The notes: generated from the sequence alone by a model not told the origin. Shown: positions 1 through 16,380, counted from the first letter of the stretch. The stretch: DNA of 64,000 nucleotides from the human T2T-CHM13v2.0 reference genome, Homo sapiens (GCF_009914755.1 NC_060942.1); one strand, 5' to 3'. Made by a program: numbers and translations.

Positions 1-756
1 AGTTAGAATGGCAATCATTAAAATGCAAGGAAACAACAGATGCTGGAGAGGATGTGGAGAAATAGGAACACTTTTACACTGTTGGTGGGAGTGTAAATTA
101 GTTCAACCATTGTGGAAGACAGTGTGGCAATCCTCAAGGATCTGGAACCAGAAATACTATTTGACCCAGCAATCCCATTACTGGGTATATACCTAAAGAA
201 ATATAAATCATTCTACTGTAAAGACACATGCACACATATGTTTATTTCAGCACTATTTACAATAGCAAAACTTGGAGCCAACCCAAATGCGCATTCATGA
301 TAGACTGCATAAAGAAAATGTGGCACATATATACCATGAAATACTATGCAGCCATACATAAAAAAGAATGAGTTCATGTCCTTTGCAGGACATGGATAAA
401 GCTGGAAGCCATCATCCTTAGCAAACTAACAGAGGAACAGAAAACCAAACACTGTATGTTCTCTCTTATAAGTGGGAGCTGAACAATGAGAACACATGGA
501 CACAGGGAGGGGAACATCACACACTGGGGCCTGTCAGGGGGTGGGAGGAAAGCGGAGGGAGAGCATTAGTACAAATATCTAATGCATGCGGAGCTTAAAA
601 CCTAGATGATGGGTTGATAGATGCAGCGAACCACCACGGCACATGTATATCTATGTAACAAACCTGCACATTCAGCACATGTATCGCAGAACTTAAAAAA
701 AAATAAAAAATAAAGATACAAATTTGTTTTGCAAAAAAAAAAAAAAAAAAAAAAAA
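1..756 (+). mobile_element. L1PA7/8-like LINE-1 3' end (ORF2 C-terminus, 3'UTR, A-tail), cut by the window start
   Basis: ORF 8-196 encodes the ORF2p CCHC knuckle ([19 protein letters not shown]). G-rich 3'UTR ends AACCTGCACATTCAGCACATGTATCGCAGAACTT, followed by A-tails. Confidence 0.95.
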
Positions 757-799
757 GAATAACATTTCCCCTCCCATCCCTCTGTACTCCCTTCTCTGG

Positions 800-1420
800 C
801 TAAAGTGTTCACAATATAAGTCTTCAACTCTGAACCCTATTGACTAATTGGCTGTTTTTCTTCCTTAGGTGAGAGAGAAAGACTAGAGGAGGCTGGTTTG
901 GGAAGACTGTCCTTCTCCTAGGTGGGATAAAACTCTGGGAAAGCCTTTTTTCCTCTGGAGAGTAGGATTTTCTTGTGGAGAAGGATCTTGGTGTATTTGA
1001 CAATGATCTGCCAGAAGGATCCTCCTTAGTTTCATTCACCATGAGAACCTGGTGGTCTTCCTGGAGGTATAAAGGTCATGAAATTGTGGGGTCCTCCTAA
1101 GAACGTGTTCTTGTGCCAGAAATTTTTTACACTTATGCTCTTTCACTTATCTTCCAGCAGTTTGTCAAAGTTACCATTTAATTGTTCTTACAAGTTTATG
1201 ACACTAGCAGCTTTTGCTCCAGGTAAGCATATCTCAGCAGGGACTAGGTTCACCTGTCTCTCCAGATTTCCAGATGGCAGTTTGCTCTGCAATTGCAGTA
1301 ATCTGATGGGTCCAAGAGAAGTCATTGATTCCAACTTTCTCCAGCCCTTTTTTTCCCCTTGCAATGACAGGAGTGATGACTTCTAAGCTATTTGCATGTT
1401 AAAACTGAATCCAGAAGTCA
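800..1420 (-). mobile_element. Old L1 (L1MC/L1MD-type) 5'UTR fragment
   Basis: Reverse complement begins GACTTCTGGATTCAG...CATGCAAATAGCTTAGAAGTCATCACTCC, like the L1MC/MD 5' terminus. It is homologous to the + strand copy at about 44430. Confidence 0.65.
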
Positions 1421-3960
1421 CCAAAAAGCCTTTTAATCATATCTTTTTTCTCTGTTTTCTCTATTTCAGTTTTAGGCCTTTGAGAAATTAAAAATTAGCA
1501 GAAAATACATTACTTTATTTTAGGAGCTAACAGTTTAGGGATAAGGATCATACATGCATACATACATATGGATATTATAAAGTGCCTAATTCTACTTAAT
1601 CTGTAACTCCATATCTCTCTGGAATGTGAATTTTCTAGACAATTGATTCTCTGGAAAATAGTTTTTGAATTTATGTGTCTGATATTTTTTTCCCAAAGTG
1701 AGAAAAAAAAATCAGTCTTCTTGAGCGGTATATATCAAACATAATTTATGCTTCTTTTGATGACTCAGAGTTCAGATATAATTATAATGTGTGGTCTCAG
1801 GTACTCTGTAAAAACCTCAGATCTTATTGGTCTTTATGTTGGCTTTATAGATTAGCCTGTATTTGCAAGTTCTTGGGTTGTCTTTCACATTATTTATTTT
1901 TCTTGTTCATTTCAGGTTTCAGTTGACACTTATTTATGTTGCCAGTTTGCTTCCATCAGGGTCAAAGTTGTGAATTCTGTGTCTAAAATAAAGCACGTTG
2001 TTTTCCATATGTCCTCAAAGGTTATTTCATCAGCAAATTAATAAACTTTGAGATGTATATTTTGGCTCCTAATGGATGCTTTTGCTTATTTTTATGTTCT
2101 CAACTTTGTCCTGAATAAGTGCAATTATCCAGGTAAGAAACATCCAGATAAATGAGGTGCTACCATTCATATCAGGAGCTGTAAGCAGCTTCAAATTCCT
2201 TGTGAGATAAACAAAATAACTCTAAAGACATGCAAAATAAACCTATTACAATTGTAGTTATTATCTAAAGGCTGCATATTAATTTTGGATAATTTGCTTC
2301 ATTATATTTTTGGAAATTAGAATCTTTATGATTTATATTTGCAATCTGGTGTTATGGCTTTAATGAAAATTATTTAACTTCTAGTTTTTCAAAAAACTTT
2401 GATTTTCTCACAAGTATGTGTAAAATAAGTTTTCTATACCATCTTTTCAAGAATATTCATACAGCAGAGGAATTGCCAAGCAGCACATCTTTAAACCCAC
2501 ACTGGGCTCTCAGTGCCTGCTCACATTTCCTCTGATGAATTAGAAGACAGGTGTGAATCTTGACTTCTTTAAAAGACAGTGTAACAGGATACTCAAATTC
2601 ATTTTTTAAAAATTTTATTTCTGTTGGCAATGATTAGTTTTTCTAATATTCTCCATTTCCCTCATGTAATGATGCTTTGTTAACAGCATCACTAATGTCC
2701 ACAAGGACTGAGATAATACTTGGTAAAGGGAGATGGATCCATATTAAATTGATGAGGAGCCAAAATGAAGGAGACTCTGAAGGTCAATTGTTCCAACTAA
2801 TGCGATTGGGGTTTGCATTCCAGGAAATACTTGGCTTTCATGCACAAAGATAACTGCAAAATTCGTCTGTAAGACTGATTTTAGAATTCCCTGATAACAA
2901 TACAGATTCATTTTATAGTCATAAGGGAAGCTCATTCACTTGAAAGCAAGCTGGGATGCATAATGGAGTTGGATTTTAGAGGGCCACTGGTGGTGATCTC
3001 TTACTGCATCAGTACCTGCTGTGACCTTCAATAAGGGGAGTGCGTTCTTTGCCAGAAACCTTTACATTCTTGGGTACATAATGTTCTAACACTTCTAAAT
3101 TCAGTAATAGATGCACAGGTGTGATTTGAGGTTAGTGAACAGTAAGAGACTGAGTCACCAGCATTATATTATATGAGTCATAGTTGGAAAAAATTTGCAA
3201 TTCATTGAACTCAAAAAGTTATGAGCCCAATTACATCAGATTTAATAATTTTAGAGCATTAGTCGGGCTTTTGCATATTTTTTGAGTGCCCATGAATTTG
3301 TACTTCTGATTTCTCTAGAATGTAAATAAAGCAACTTCTGTTTTCCAGTACTCTTGGTGTGTCTATGGTCCTTTGGCATATATTAAAGTTATATCAATTT
3401 ACTGTTAACCTAAGTCCTTGTCCCTTAATAAAACAACACCACACTTTGTTAAATAAACATGAACAGATTTTGAAATTAACTTGGCGTATATTTATCAAGG
3501 ATAGTTCTGTATTTATTGGCTTAGTTTATTTATATTTTATCTGTACTCTTAAGGCTTTATTTAGAGCTTATATTATGGTTAATAATAAAGAGTAAATTTA
3601 AAAATGCCATCATATTGTTTCTGTACATCCAATGTGAGTTGAAACATTTAAAAGGCTTTTGATTCATGACCCCTGTTACAAAGAAAGTTTTTGGTGTTCT
3701 AACGACACTCCCCACTGCCAGTGGTTAGTCAAACCCTCTAGGTAGGTATTTGATTCCTTAAATGGGACCAAGAGGAATCAGCCTGGTCTATCAAATTACT
3801 CAGTCAATAAAAAGACCCGTGTCTCCATTCAAAATGGAAATAAGGCCTAGGAAGTCTCAGAGACTTGTCAAGGTCAATCTGTCATTGGCAGAACATTGTA
3901 CTCTATGCATGCCTATTTAAGCTAGCAGCAGGGTGTTTATGCCTGTATATAAGAATCACA

Positions 3961-4265
3961 TGCCAGGTGCGGTGGCTCACGCCTGTAATCCTGCGCTTTG
4001 GGAGGCCGAGGAGAATGAACCACTTGAGGTCAGGAGTTCGAGATCAGCCTGGCCAACATGGTGAAAGCCTGTCTACTAAAAATACAAAAATTAGCCAGGC
4101 ATGGTGGTGCGTGCCTGTAGTCCCAGCTACTCAGGAGGATGAGGCAGGAGAATTGCTGAACCTGGGAGGCGGAGGCTTCAGTGAGCTGAGATTTGCCACT
4201 GCATTCCAGCCTGGGTGACACAGTGACAACCTGTCTCAAAAAAAAAAAAAAAGAAAAGAAAGAAA
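3961..4265 (+). mobile_element. Alu (AluS), full length
   Basis: Dimeric Alu with A-tail. TSD AAGAATCACA at 3951-3960 and 4266-4275. Confidence 0.97.
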
Positions 4266-4964
4266 AAGAATCACAGTAAGAAAACACCACCCTCTTTTGC
4301 CCACTGGATGCTTTCCCTTTTACCTCTATAGCTGAGTCCAAACCTACATAAAATATGAGGAACTTTTAATTCAATGATCATGATACTTATTCTTCAATTG
4401 CAGAATTCTTATAGATTCTTGCTATTAATCCCTAGAAATAAATAGAGGCAGATAATTGATCCATACATTAGAAAATGCTTTATAATTTTAAGGAGTTGCA
4501 GATATTAATGTTAGAACTTCCTGATCAAGTTCTTTTCACTGTTTCCCAAACTTTTTTTTCACAAAATACATATTGAAAAGCTCAGTAGTTTTTATTCTGA
4601 ATCATTTTTCACTTTTTTCTGAAGTATATCTTCAAGTATATTTTTAAAGAGGGTACATGGCACTACAGTTTCTTAGTTCTTGTATTTTGCAAAAATATTT
4701 CTATTTTGTCCTTCCATTTGATTGATAATTGATTTCCTTATTTACTTTCACAGTCGATGCAATTCTATATATTTTTGTTTTCCAGATACTCATAAAAATA
4801 TCTCTGCTTTTTAGACCTTTTGTTCCCAGTATTAGTGCAGATTTTTTTTTTCCTTTTTGTTCATCTTCCTATATTTTCATTGGGATTTTCAAAGAGTGAG
4901 AAGGTATTTAAATTTAGTTGCTTGTTTTAAATGGAACATGTAGGATCAACATTTCAGTTTTATG

Positions 4965-5210
4965 CAGAGGCACGATTGTGTGCTGTTCAGAAGAATGGAC
5001 TCTGGCAACTGGTTGCCTGGGCTTGGGCCCTGGCTCTCCCCCTCCCTTGTTTGACGTCTGAATCTTTCAATCCTTTCATGAAGATTCTTTGTCTGCAAAA
5101 TGTGCAGATCCTAAGAGTACTATTTTATGATTGTTTTAATGATTAAAAAATTATACATGAAACGCATCTACAAAATGCTTATTTTACAGAAATAGTAAAC
5201 GTTAGCTATT
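4965..5210 (+). mobile_element. MIR SINE relic
   Basis: AGAATGGACTCTGG...CCTGGCTCT...GTCTGCAAAATG core and a terminal GTTAGCTATTAT. Confidence 0.6.
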
Positions 5211-6279
5211 ATGGAAAATGACATTCATGTTGGATTGCATAAATTTTATGAACTTTATGCTTACTCAGAGCTTTATGCTTTCTTTCTTTCTTCTTTCTCT
5301 TTTCTTTTCTTGTGCTTAAAGTGATGTCAAACATAGCACCTTTACAAATTCTTTTGACCAGTTGTGCTAGTCTTTGAAGGTGATGATTTATGAAGTGACC
5401 ACATTGAATCTTCTCTTGGAATAAATGTTTATGGAATCTTAGTTATCTCAAAGATAAAGAGAGAATGGGTAACCTGTCATGGTTTAATGCATCAGAAATA
5501 CGTTGAGATTAACAGATATGCAGTGAGACATCTATTATATTCAGGTGAAGTTCATCTTTAAAGAGTAGAGTATTTTAATAATTTTGAAAATTAAATAGAG
5601 AAATTTATCTACAAGTCTGGAAATATAGTTTGTGCACCTCATATTACTAACTAACCCAGTTTGTAACTTTGTTTTATTCCATTACTGACAACTGAACACC
5701 TGCTCCCTGTACTCAGTGTTTTGAAAATGACTCAGTAGGTTGTGCCTTGCACAGCAGCTTCTTTCAAGATACAGGTGTTTAGAATCTAGGGCAGTAAACA
5801 CATTCAGCAGGTTCCAAAGTTAAGCTGTATTTGTAAAGCCATCTGTAAATTGTAAAGACATCTGAAGCAATGCTCATTGAAAGCAGTGAAAATATTATAA
5901 AGAAGTTATTCCTGTGAAACCATCAGCACAAGGTAATCCAGAAAAGAACACAAATCAACAATTTTATAAATAGTATGTTAATATTTTTGTTTAATAACAT
6001 AATTTGAAATTCACAATATGAAGAAAAGGGCAAAAAAAATCTCCTAGGCATGACCTATTGTTAGAATCAAACAATTTTCACTAGAGAATTCTTATGTGCA
6101 ATAATTACGTTTGCAGCAGGATAAAGGATAGCACATATTGTAAATATTAAGTTTTCAGGATTCATATTCTGTTTTAAGTTCAGCATTGACTTGACTGAAT
6201 TGGAAGCTGGGATTGGATTTACTTCAATTACTATGTTTAGGCGGAGTCTTATTCACGAAATATGAAAAAGCAAAAAAGC

Positions 6280-6990
6280 ATTAAATGAATACAACTCAAA
6301 ACCACAATGAGATACCGCTTTACACCATTAAAATTGCTGTAGATAATAACAACTGTTGGTAAGAATGTGGAGAAATTGGAACCTTCACAATTTGCTGGTG
6401 AGAGTGTAAATTCATGCAGCCACTTTGGATAGCAGTTTGGCAGTTCTTTAAAGTGTTAAACCTAGAGTCACCATATAAACCAGCAATTCCACTTTTAGGT
6501 TGACCATTCCCAAAAGAAATGAAAACATACATTACACGAAATTTGTACATTAACGTTTATAACAGTATTATAACTCATAATAGCCAAAAACTAGAAACAG
6601 CTCAAATGTCCATTAACAATGAATAAATAAATAAAACTGGTATATCCATACAATGGAATACTACTCAACAGGAAAACAAGAATGAATCATTGATGAATAG
6701 TACAACATGAATTACCTTGAAAAGATTATACTCAGTGAAAGAAGTCAGCTGCAAGAGACCACATTATATCATTCCGTTTATATGAATTGCTCAGAATAGG
6801 CAACTCTATAGAGACAGAAAATAGATTAGTGGTTACTAGGGCTAGGGACAGGAAACAGGCAGTGTCTGCTAATTAGACTATGGTAATCATTACGTAATTA
6901 TGTGAATATACTAAACATATTTGAATTGTACACTTTAAGTTGGTGAAATTTATGGTGTGTGAATTATATATTGATGAAGATGTTTAAAAA
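6280..6990 (+). mobile_element. L1MB/ME-type 3' end
   Basis: AAAACCACAATGAGATACC...GAGACAGAAAATAGATTAGTGGTT...GAATTGTACACTTTAAG 3'UTR motifs. Confidence 0.85.
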
Positions 6991-7539
6991 TACATTATAC
7001 TTTTAAAAACAAGTCAATTATAGACACATTAGGCATATTTATTCGCTATTACAAATTGCAATCTGAGAATAGACACTTAAGTAAGAATCTTTATTTTTGT
7101 CTTTCATGAATTATCTAATATCCAATGGTGATTTACCACAAAAGAAATAATATTAGTGTAGAGCTTAAATCAGTCTACTTATAGGCACTCAAAAAAATTG
7201 CGTTTCGCTGACCTTAGACCTATTACATTAAAATGTTTGTAGATCTACAGCAGGGACATTAACTGTTTGGAGGGTTAAGTTTCTTTCTCCAGAAAAAAGC
7301 AAGGGAACATAAACCACAAATACATACAGTTTAAGAGTTTTTAAATTTATTCTGATAATTACTTAGTGTGAACTGATTCATCATAATGACCAGTAATGAT
7401 GACTCTACAAAACACAATCAGCAACCAAGATAAACATGCATATGAGCTCAGAATTTTGAGCGTATTTTAAAATTAGCATTGAGTAAATTAAAGGTGTTTG
7501 GTCCTTCAATAAAAATGAACAACAAAAGAACAAATGAGC

Positions 7540-7665
7540 TCAAGTGTAAACTCCATAAGGACAGACATTTTCAATTTATTTGTGTCTTTTTAAACTCAGT
7601 TTAAATACAGTGTGTTGCACATAACAAAACTTCAATATATTCTTGTATAATAAATTAATATATGA
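7540..7665 (+). mobile_element. L2 3' end relic
   Basis: TGTAAACTCCATAAGGACAG...ACAGTGTGTTGCACATA pattern. Confidence 0.5.
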
Positions 7666-8719
7666 ATCCTTCCCTGTATACGTAAATTGATTGATATCTC
7701 TCCTGTCTATTGACAAGCCTAGGACAGAGCATTTCAACTTGTGTTTCATTAAGTCATGGGCACATTTAGATGTGCCACAGGGGTCAGACAGCTAGCTTGT
7801 TGCTTTTATATATACCATCTTAGTGTGTTGCTTGTTTTAAAATGGAATTAAAAATATTAATAATAGAGAATTGGCCTGAGAACAAGAACTAACTTCAGCC
7901 TCTGTACCTCCAATTGGGAAATATGAATATTCTCTATAAATGATTCTAGCAATGTGTAGCATTTTTTCCCTTTACTTGTTAGTATATGTGGAGTTGAAAT
8001 ATAGACTATTGTTGGTTGCTAAAATAGTCATTTTGATGACTGTATCATATAGCTAGCATTGTTTTATACATTAGGTTGCTGTGTTCTAAGCAAATAATAC
8101 TAACAGAATTTACTCTTACTGGAATGGAGGTCACATTTAAGCATTTGAGAATATTTTAGAGTTGGCTGGTGGTCAATAGAGTGACCTAAATTTACAGAGA
8201 GATTGAAAATAAATTATCATGGGACACAAGGATATGTCTTCCATAACATGATCACATTAATTCTGACTTGAATACAAGCATGATCCTCTGTCAACAAATT
8301 TAGCATCATGAAAATTTACCCTGTGTGCTAAAGAAGGAGTTATCATTAAATAACTTGTACATCTAAAAATGTTACTGCTTCAATTTCCTCTCTGGTCAAA
8401 TAAGGCATGCTCAATAACATGATCTCTAGCTCTGAGGTTCTTTTAATATAAAAGAAGTGGCCTGTTCATTGTCACATCATGCAGATCATTCCAAATACAT
8501 GTCACTCAGATTAATTAAAAATCTCAACTCTCTGGAATACATGTATTACCAGCATTGGATTATGTTCTAATAATGTTAATGTTTGTTAATCTTGACTAAG
8601 TACATGTTCATCATAATTGCTCAACTCTAGTCTATCCAGCTTTAAGATGAAGGAATTTAGTTCTTTTCCCACTCTCTTCAATTAATTGAGGTATGACAGT
8701 GTTCCTGTTATTTTGTTTA

Positions 8720-9060
8720 TTAATTAATTCACTTAACAAACATTGAGCAAGCATCTATTATGTATCAAGCACTTATTTCAGTGTGAGGAATACAACAGTA
8801 AAAAGAGAGACTTGGACCCTCTCCTCATGGAGAAGGGGTTAATGAGTTTTTTAATAGCTTGATATTTATTTGGTTTGTGATTGTTATGAAGTATAGCAAG
8901 AATTGTGGCCTCAGAATTTTAGAATTAGAAGAAACTTTAGAGCTTGTATGATCCCACCACTTTAACAAATGTGGATATTGAAACTTATGGAAGTAAACAG
9001 ATTGATCCAAGATTATAAAGCAAGTGACAGAAGATTTAGGAAAACTGGATAAAAATGTTG
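8720..9060 (-). mobile_element. L2 3' end (about 8720-8835) plus MIR relic (about 8910-9060)
   Basis: ATTCACTTAACAAACATTGAGC...ATGTATCAAGCAC (L2), then the MIR core CACTTTAACAAATGTGGATATTGAAACTT. Confidence 0.5.
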
Positions 9061-10699
9061 ATGACTAGTCAAATCCTCGCTGTCAATTTATAGTTGTATG
9101 AATAACTCATTCCTCAAGAGCAATAAAGTGCTACATGTAATTAAATTATTCTCTGGCACTTAGGATAATATGAATTTACTTGTTAAGTGGTATCTTTGGG
9201 AAATATAAACAACACCAAAATGCCTAAAAAGCAAAATCTGATTTGCTTTCCATAAATGTGTTGCTGAAAATTATTTATCTTCTAAGAATGCTACTTTGAA
9301 AAGGTAATTCTCTCAGAAATATTTTCCCTCATACTTTACATCAATTATTTTATATTTGATCCTCTCTTGTGCAGACTTTCCATGAGCAAATTGATTTCTT
9401 AAAGACTAGAAATTCTAAGCAACTATCTTGAAAAAGACCTTTTCTATTTGTTGTCAACTAAACAGATTTGAGCATGAGACCTCCTTCTTTTGTGGAAGTC
9501 CCGCTACTTAGATGATCATTGCACTGTCTTTCCCACTTTCTAGATCTGCTACATAATGTAGGCCACCAGCCTGAGTATCAAAAGAGCTGTGATTTAGCCC
9601 CAGACCAGTCTGTACATTTTTGGACTTGTCACAAAGTGACTCTATACATTAATGTGTAAAATGAGAGAAATTTATAATAATTTTAAGACACCCATCAGCT
9701 GAAAATTGTACACTGAGAGTTAGCAAAGAGAGGGTAAATGCTAATTCACTGAACTTTATTTGATAATGCTTATTCTGGTATTCACTAGAGCTATTCAGTG
9801 ATACACCTATCTCCTCCTTCTGGTCAACTGGAACTGAGAAAAGAGCATCAAATTCTTGAGCAGTATGGCAAACAAGAGGGAGAAGTCCAAATAGAAAAAT
9901 CCAGAACATAAAAATCAGTAAATGCCACCTATTAATGTTGTAGAACATGAAATGTTTCTTTATTTTTCTTTATTATTTGTTTAAGAAGCATCAAACATGG
10001 TAAAATTGTGTATTTAATTTTTATTTATAAATCTACTCTTTAGAACCCAGAGAAAACACTTTCTTAAACAGTGGTTTTAAATGGTCTCCTAAGACCATTT
10101 AAAGGCCAACAAATTTATTTAAACAATCCCATCAATAGTAGCCCATTTGTAAAATTCTTTTCCAGTATATGAAATAGTTCCTTTACAGAATATCTATATA
10201 AAAGACAGCATAAACCTAGAACATTAATACCTACAACTTATGAGATAATAGAGCCAACTTAGCTATGATCCAAAGTAATAAAGGAAAAAGCAACAACAGA
10301 GAAAGGTATCTGTACAGATTTATGACATGAATTTGCCAAATTATATGGTAATAAATCTTGAGAATAAGAATAAACCAGGTTATTTTAAGAAAACTATGTA
10401 AATAAAACTAATATACAAAGAGCTAGAAATTGTAAACCTATCATTAAAGAAGGAAGAAACTGAAAATGTTATATATTAATCCTCCTCTGTCCCTGGAGCT
10501 TAAAAAAAATCTAGTCAGGCAGAGATTCACTTGCAAATATAAGTTCCTCCATCAATACAACAAGTAGAAATTTTTTGAATCTCCATATTATTAATCCATA
10601 TGTTCTCTACCTTGTTATGATATATATGAAACAAAATACCAGTAAAATGTTTAATCATGAAACAATAGAATCATTACAAATAAGGCAATAAAGATATGA

Positions 10700-11220
10700 T
10701 GTAATATACTGTTGGCTTTTTTTGCTTACTTTGTTTCATCTATTGAGATGATTATGTTGTTTTTGTCCTATATTCTATTAATATTATACAATACATTAAC
10801 TGATTTTCAGATTTTTAAACAACTTTGCATTCTTGTGATAATACCCGCCTAATCATGGTATATAAACCTTTGTGTACATTCAGGACTTGTTTACAAATAT
10901 TTATTAAGCATTTTTATGGCCATGCTTATTAGGAGTATGATGTGTAGTTTTCTTGTCATATGTTCATCTAGCGTTGTTATTAGAGTGATCCTGATTTATT
11001 TTGTTGCTCAAGTTGTACCAACTTTGACCACTGGAAGTTCTACAGGTTTCATCCTATCTTCTTTTGGCAAGCATCCATTATTTATTTATTAAATCACTTC
11101 TTAACTTTCTTAAGGAATGTACACTACATTCCAGGCTCACTTTATGTGTTCCCTATCCAAGCCCTATAGTCAGCCATGTCTCCAAGGATCCCGGATGTTT
11201 ATTATTGGAGAACTATAGTT
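10700..11220 (-). mobile_element. Old L1M fragments (ORF2 RT region and an L1MC/MD 3'UTR piece)
   Basis: CATCTATTGAGATGATTATG and ATTTTGTTGCTCAAGTTGTACCAACTTTGACCACTGGAAG match antisense L1M. Confidence 0.65.
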
Positions 11221-11229
11221 ATAATATAT

Positions 11230-12522
<1,293 letters not shown>

Positions 12523-12559
12523 ATGGTGTATAATATACATGTACAGCCTAAGTACACAT

Positions 12560-13070
12560 TCAGAATCTCCACTTGCATAAGGAAAGACTGCCTTATAGCT
12601 AGCTGGTCATCTGGAAGTCTGGTATTGACCTGTGGCTGTGATAAGAAGGAAATGAGCTAGATGGAGATGTGTCATTTTAAGTCAGAACCACCCCCCACCA
12701 TCCACTCACCAGCACCTGGAATCTGGCTGTAGCTTGTACACTTGTTTAATGTATAGATCCATGGTTGAGCCTGGCAACGAGTTATGTAGCTTAGATTTGC
12801 CATATGACCAGCAGAGCATAAAAGACCCAGCTGTAAAGTTTTGCCCAGCCTCACCTGAAATCATGATTTCTTACACATATTTTGGTGGTTGATGTTTCAA
12901 AGACAAAATGCATATTGTGCTACTAAGAAAGGACTCTATAGAGCTGTGCTTGAAAGAGCAGAAACTTGATTGCGCATGCTTCATTTTCGTGTTGTGCCAT
13001 ATCCTTTACCTCCAGTAAAAGCTTACTTATGTTCACAATGTGGAGTCCTGGGAGGCCTTCCAATTATCCA
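12560..13070 (+). mobile_element. Possible old ERVL-type LTR relic (MER21/MER68/MER77-like)
   Basis: CATATGACCAGC...ATAAAA and GAGTCCTGGGAGGCCTTC resemble this LTR group, but the match is highly degenerate. Confidence 0.35.
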
Positions 13071-13179
13071 AGTTAAGAAATAGTAAACTGGCAAAATTAT
13101 AGAACAAACAAGTATGATCCTTTTAATCAAAAGTCCTTCCTTTTAAAGTAAAACACAATTATAATTTTGAAGATAATTA

Positions 13180-13390
13180 TTATGATTGGCTTAACAATTT
13201 TCCAGCTTTATAATGGGTTTAGCAGGATGTAACTCCATCGTTATTAAGTTGAGGAGCATTTAGATTTATGATGACTCAACTTAATAATTTTTCTTTACTT
13301 TACAATGGATTTTTGGGGTATTAAATATATATTCAATTTCCAATGAGTTTATTGGGATATCACCCCAGCATAAGCTGAGGAACAACTGTA
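13180..13390. mobile_element. Tigger2-family (MER8/MER28-like) terminal fragment
   Basis: Two copies of the ATGGGTTT..GGATGTAAC.CCATCG..TAAGTTGAGGAGCA terminal motif, ending CTGTA. Confidence 0.7.
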
Positions 13391-13519
13391 ATCATACACT
13401 TTGCTTTCCTTTATAATTTTACCATATCCATAATAATTTCTGAACATTACTTAGTTTTAATACCTTTTGGCCTTTATGCTAATGTCATCCAATATTACAT
13501 TAAGATTTACTCATTTTCA

Positions 13520-14785
<1,266 letters not shown>

Positions 14786-15200
14786 AAATTTATATATTAT
14801 AAATATTTTATAAATATGTTATAAATATAAATATAACATATAAATGTAAATATTATAAATATATGATATATTAATATATATTAGTGTGCCATATTAATAT
14901 GATATATAAATATGATATAAATATATATTAATATATATCATATATTTACACATTAATTATATTATATATACATTAGTTATATATTATATAAATACTAATT
15001 AATTAATTATATGTTAATATATAATATATAAATATAATACAATATATAAATATAATACAATATATAAATATATATTATCTATTTATATAGTATATATAAT
15101 ATATTATATATATACAATATTATATATACAATATATACAATATATATTGTAATTATATGTATATATATGTATACATATATATGTATATATGTAATACAAT

Positions 15201-15465
15201 ATATAATATATTGTATTATATATTGTATATATAATATATTGTATTATATATTGTATATATAATATATTGTATTATATATTGTATATATAATATATTGTAT
15301 TATATATTGTATATATAATATATTGTATTATATATTGTATATATAATATATTGTATTATATATTGTATATATAATATATTGTATTATATATTGTATATAT
15401 AATATATTGTATTATATATTGTATATATAATATATTGTATTATATATTGTATATATAATATATTA
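15201..15465. repeat. 28-bp minisatellite, about 9 copies (AATATATTGTATTATATATTGTATATAT)
   Basis: The unit recurs at 15205, 15233, 15261 and so on to 15457, a period of 28. Confidence 0.93.
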
Positions 15466-15478
15466 TACAATGTATTAC

Positions 15479-16380
15479 ATATATTAAATACTGTATGATA
15501 TATTACGTATACCAATATATTAAATACTGTATGATATATTACGTATACCAATATATTAAATACTGTATGATATATTACGTATACCAATATATTAAATACT
15601 GTATGATATATTACGTATACCAATATATTAAATACTGTATGATATATTACGTATACCAATATATTAAATACTGTATGATATATTACGTATACCAATATAT
15701 TAAATACTGTATGATATATTACGTATACCAATATATTAAATACTGTATGATATATTACGTATACCAATATATTAAATACTGTATGATATATTACGTATAC
15801 CAATATATTAAATACTGTATGATATATTACGTATACCAATATATTAAATACTGTATGATATATTACGTATACCAATATATTAAATACTGTATGATATATT
15901 ACGTATACCAATATATTAAATACTGTATGATATATTACGTATACCAATATATTAAATACTGTATGATATATTACGTATACCAATATATTAAATACTGTAT
16001 GATATATTACGTATACCAATATATTAAATACTGTATGATATATTACGTATACCAATATATTAAATACTGTATGATATATTACGTATACCAATATATTAAA
16101 TATTGTATGATATATTACGTATACAATATATTAAATATTGTATGATATATTATGTATACGATATATTACGTATACCAGTATATTAAATATTATATGATAT
16201 ATTACGTATACCAGTATATTAAATATTATATGATATATTACGTATACCAATATATTAAATATTATATGATATATTACGTATACCAATATATTAAATATTA
16301 TATGATATATTATGTATACCAATATATTAAATATATGATATATTACGTATACCAATATATTATATGATATTTTACATATA
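15479..16380. repeat. 36-bp minisatellite (ATGATATATTACGTATACCAATATATTAAATACTGT)
   Basis: 16 identical units at 15495-16070 plus partial flanking units, then progressively degenerate copies. It explains the MIYYVYQYIKYC and VYVIYHTVFNIL ORFs. Confidence 0.97.

Noticed and set aside
1890-2140. Possible exon (TTTCAG acceptor at about 1915, CAG/GTAAGA donor at about 2133)
   Set aside because: Such splice-like motifs are frequent in T-rich DNA, and there is no ORF or transcript evidence.
9649-9948. 99-aa ORF with a hydrophobic N-terminus
   Set aside because: No recognisable homology or exon structure, and the length is within chance for a 64-kb six-frame scan.
15479-16120. CRISPR-like 36-bp periodicity
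   Set aside because: The units are head-to-tail with no unique spacers, there are no cas genes, and the DNA is primate.
15384-16367. Long ORFs (235 aa and 216 aa) on both strands with 12-aa repeats
   Set aside because: They arise from a stop-free 36-bp minisatellite frame, with no promoter, splice or composition support.
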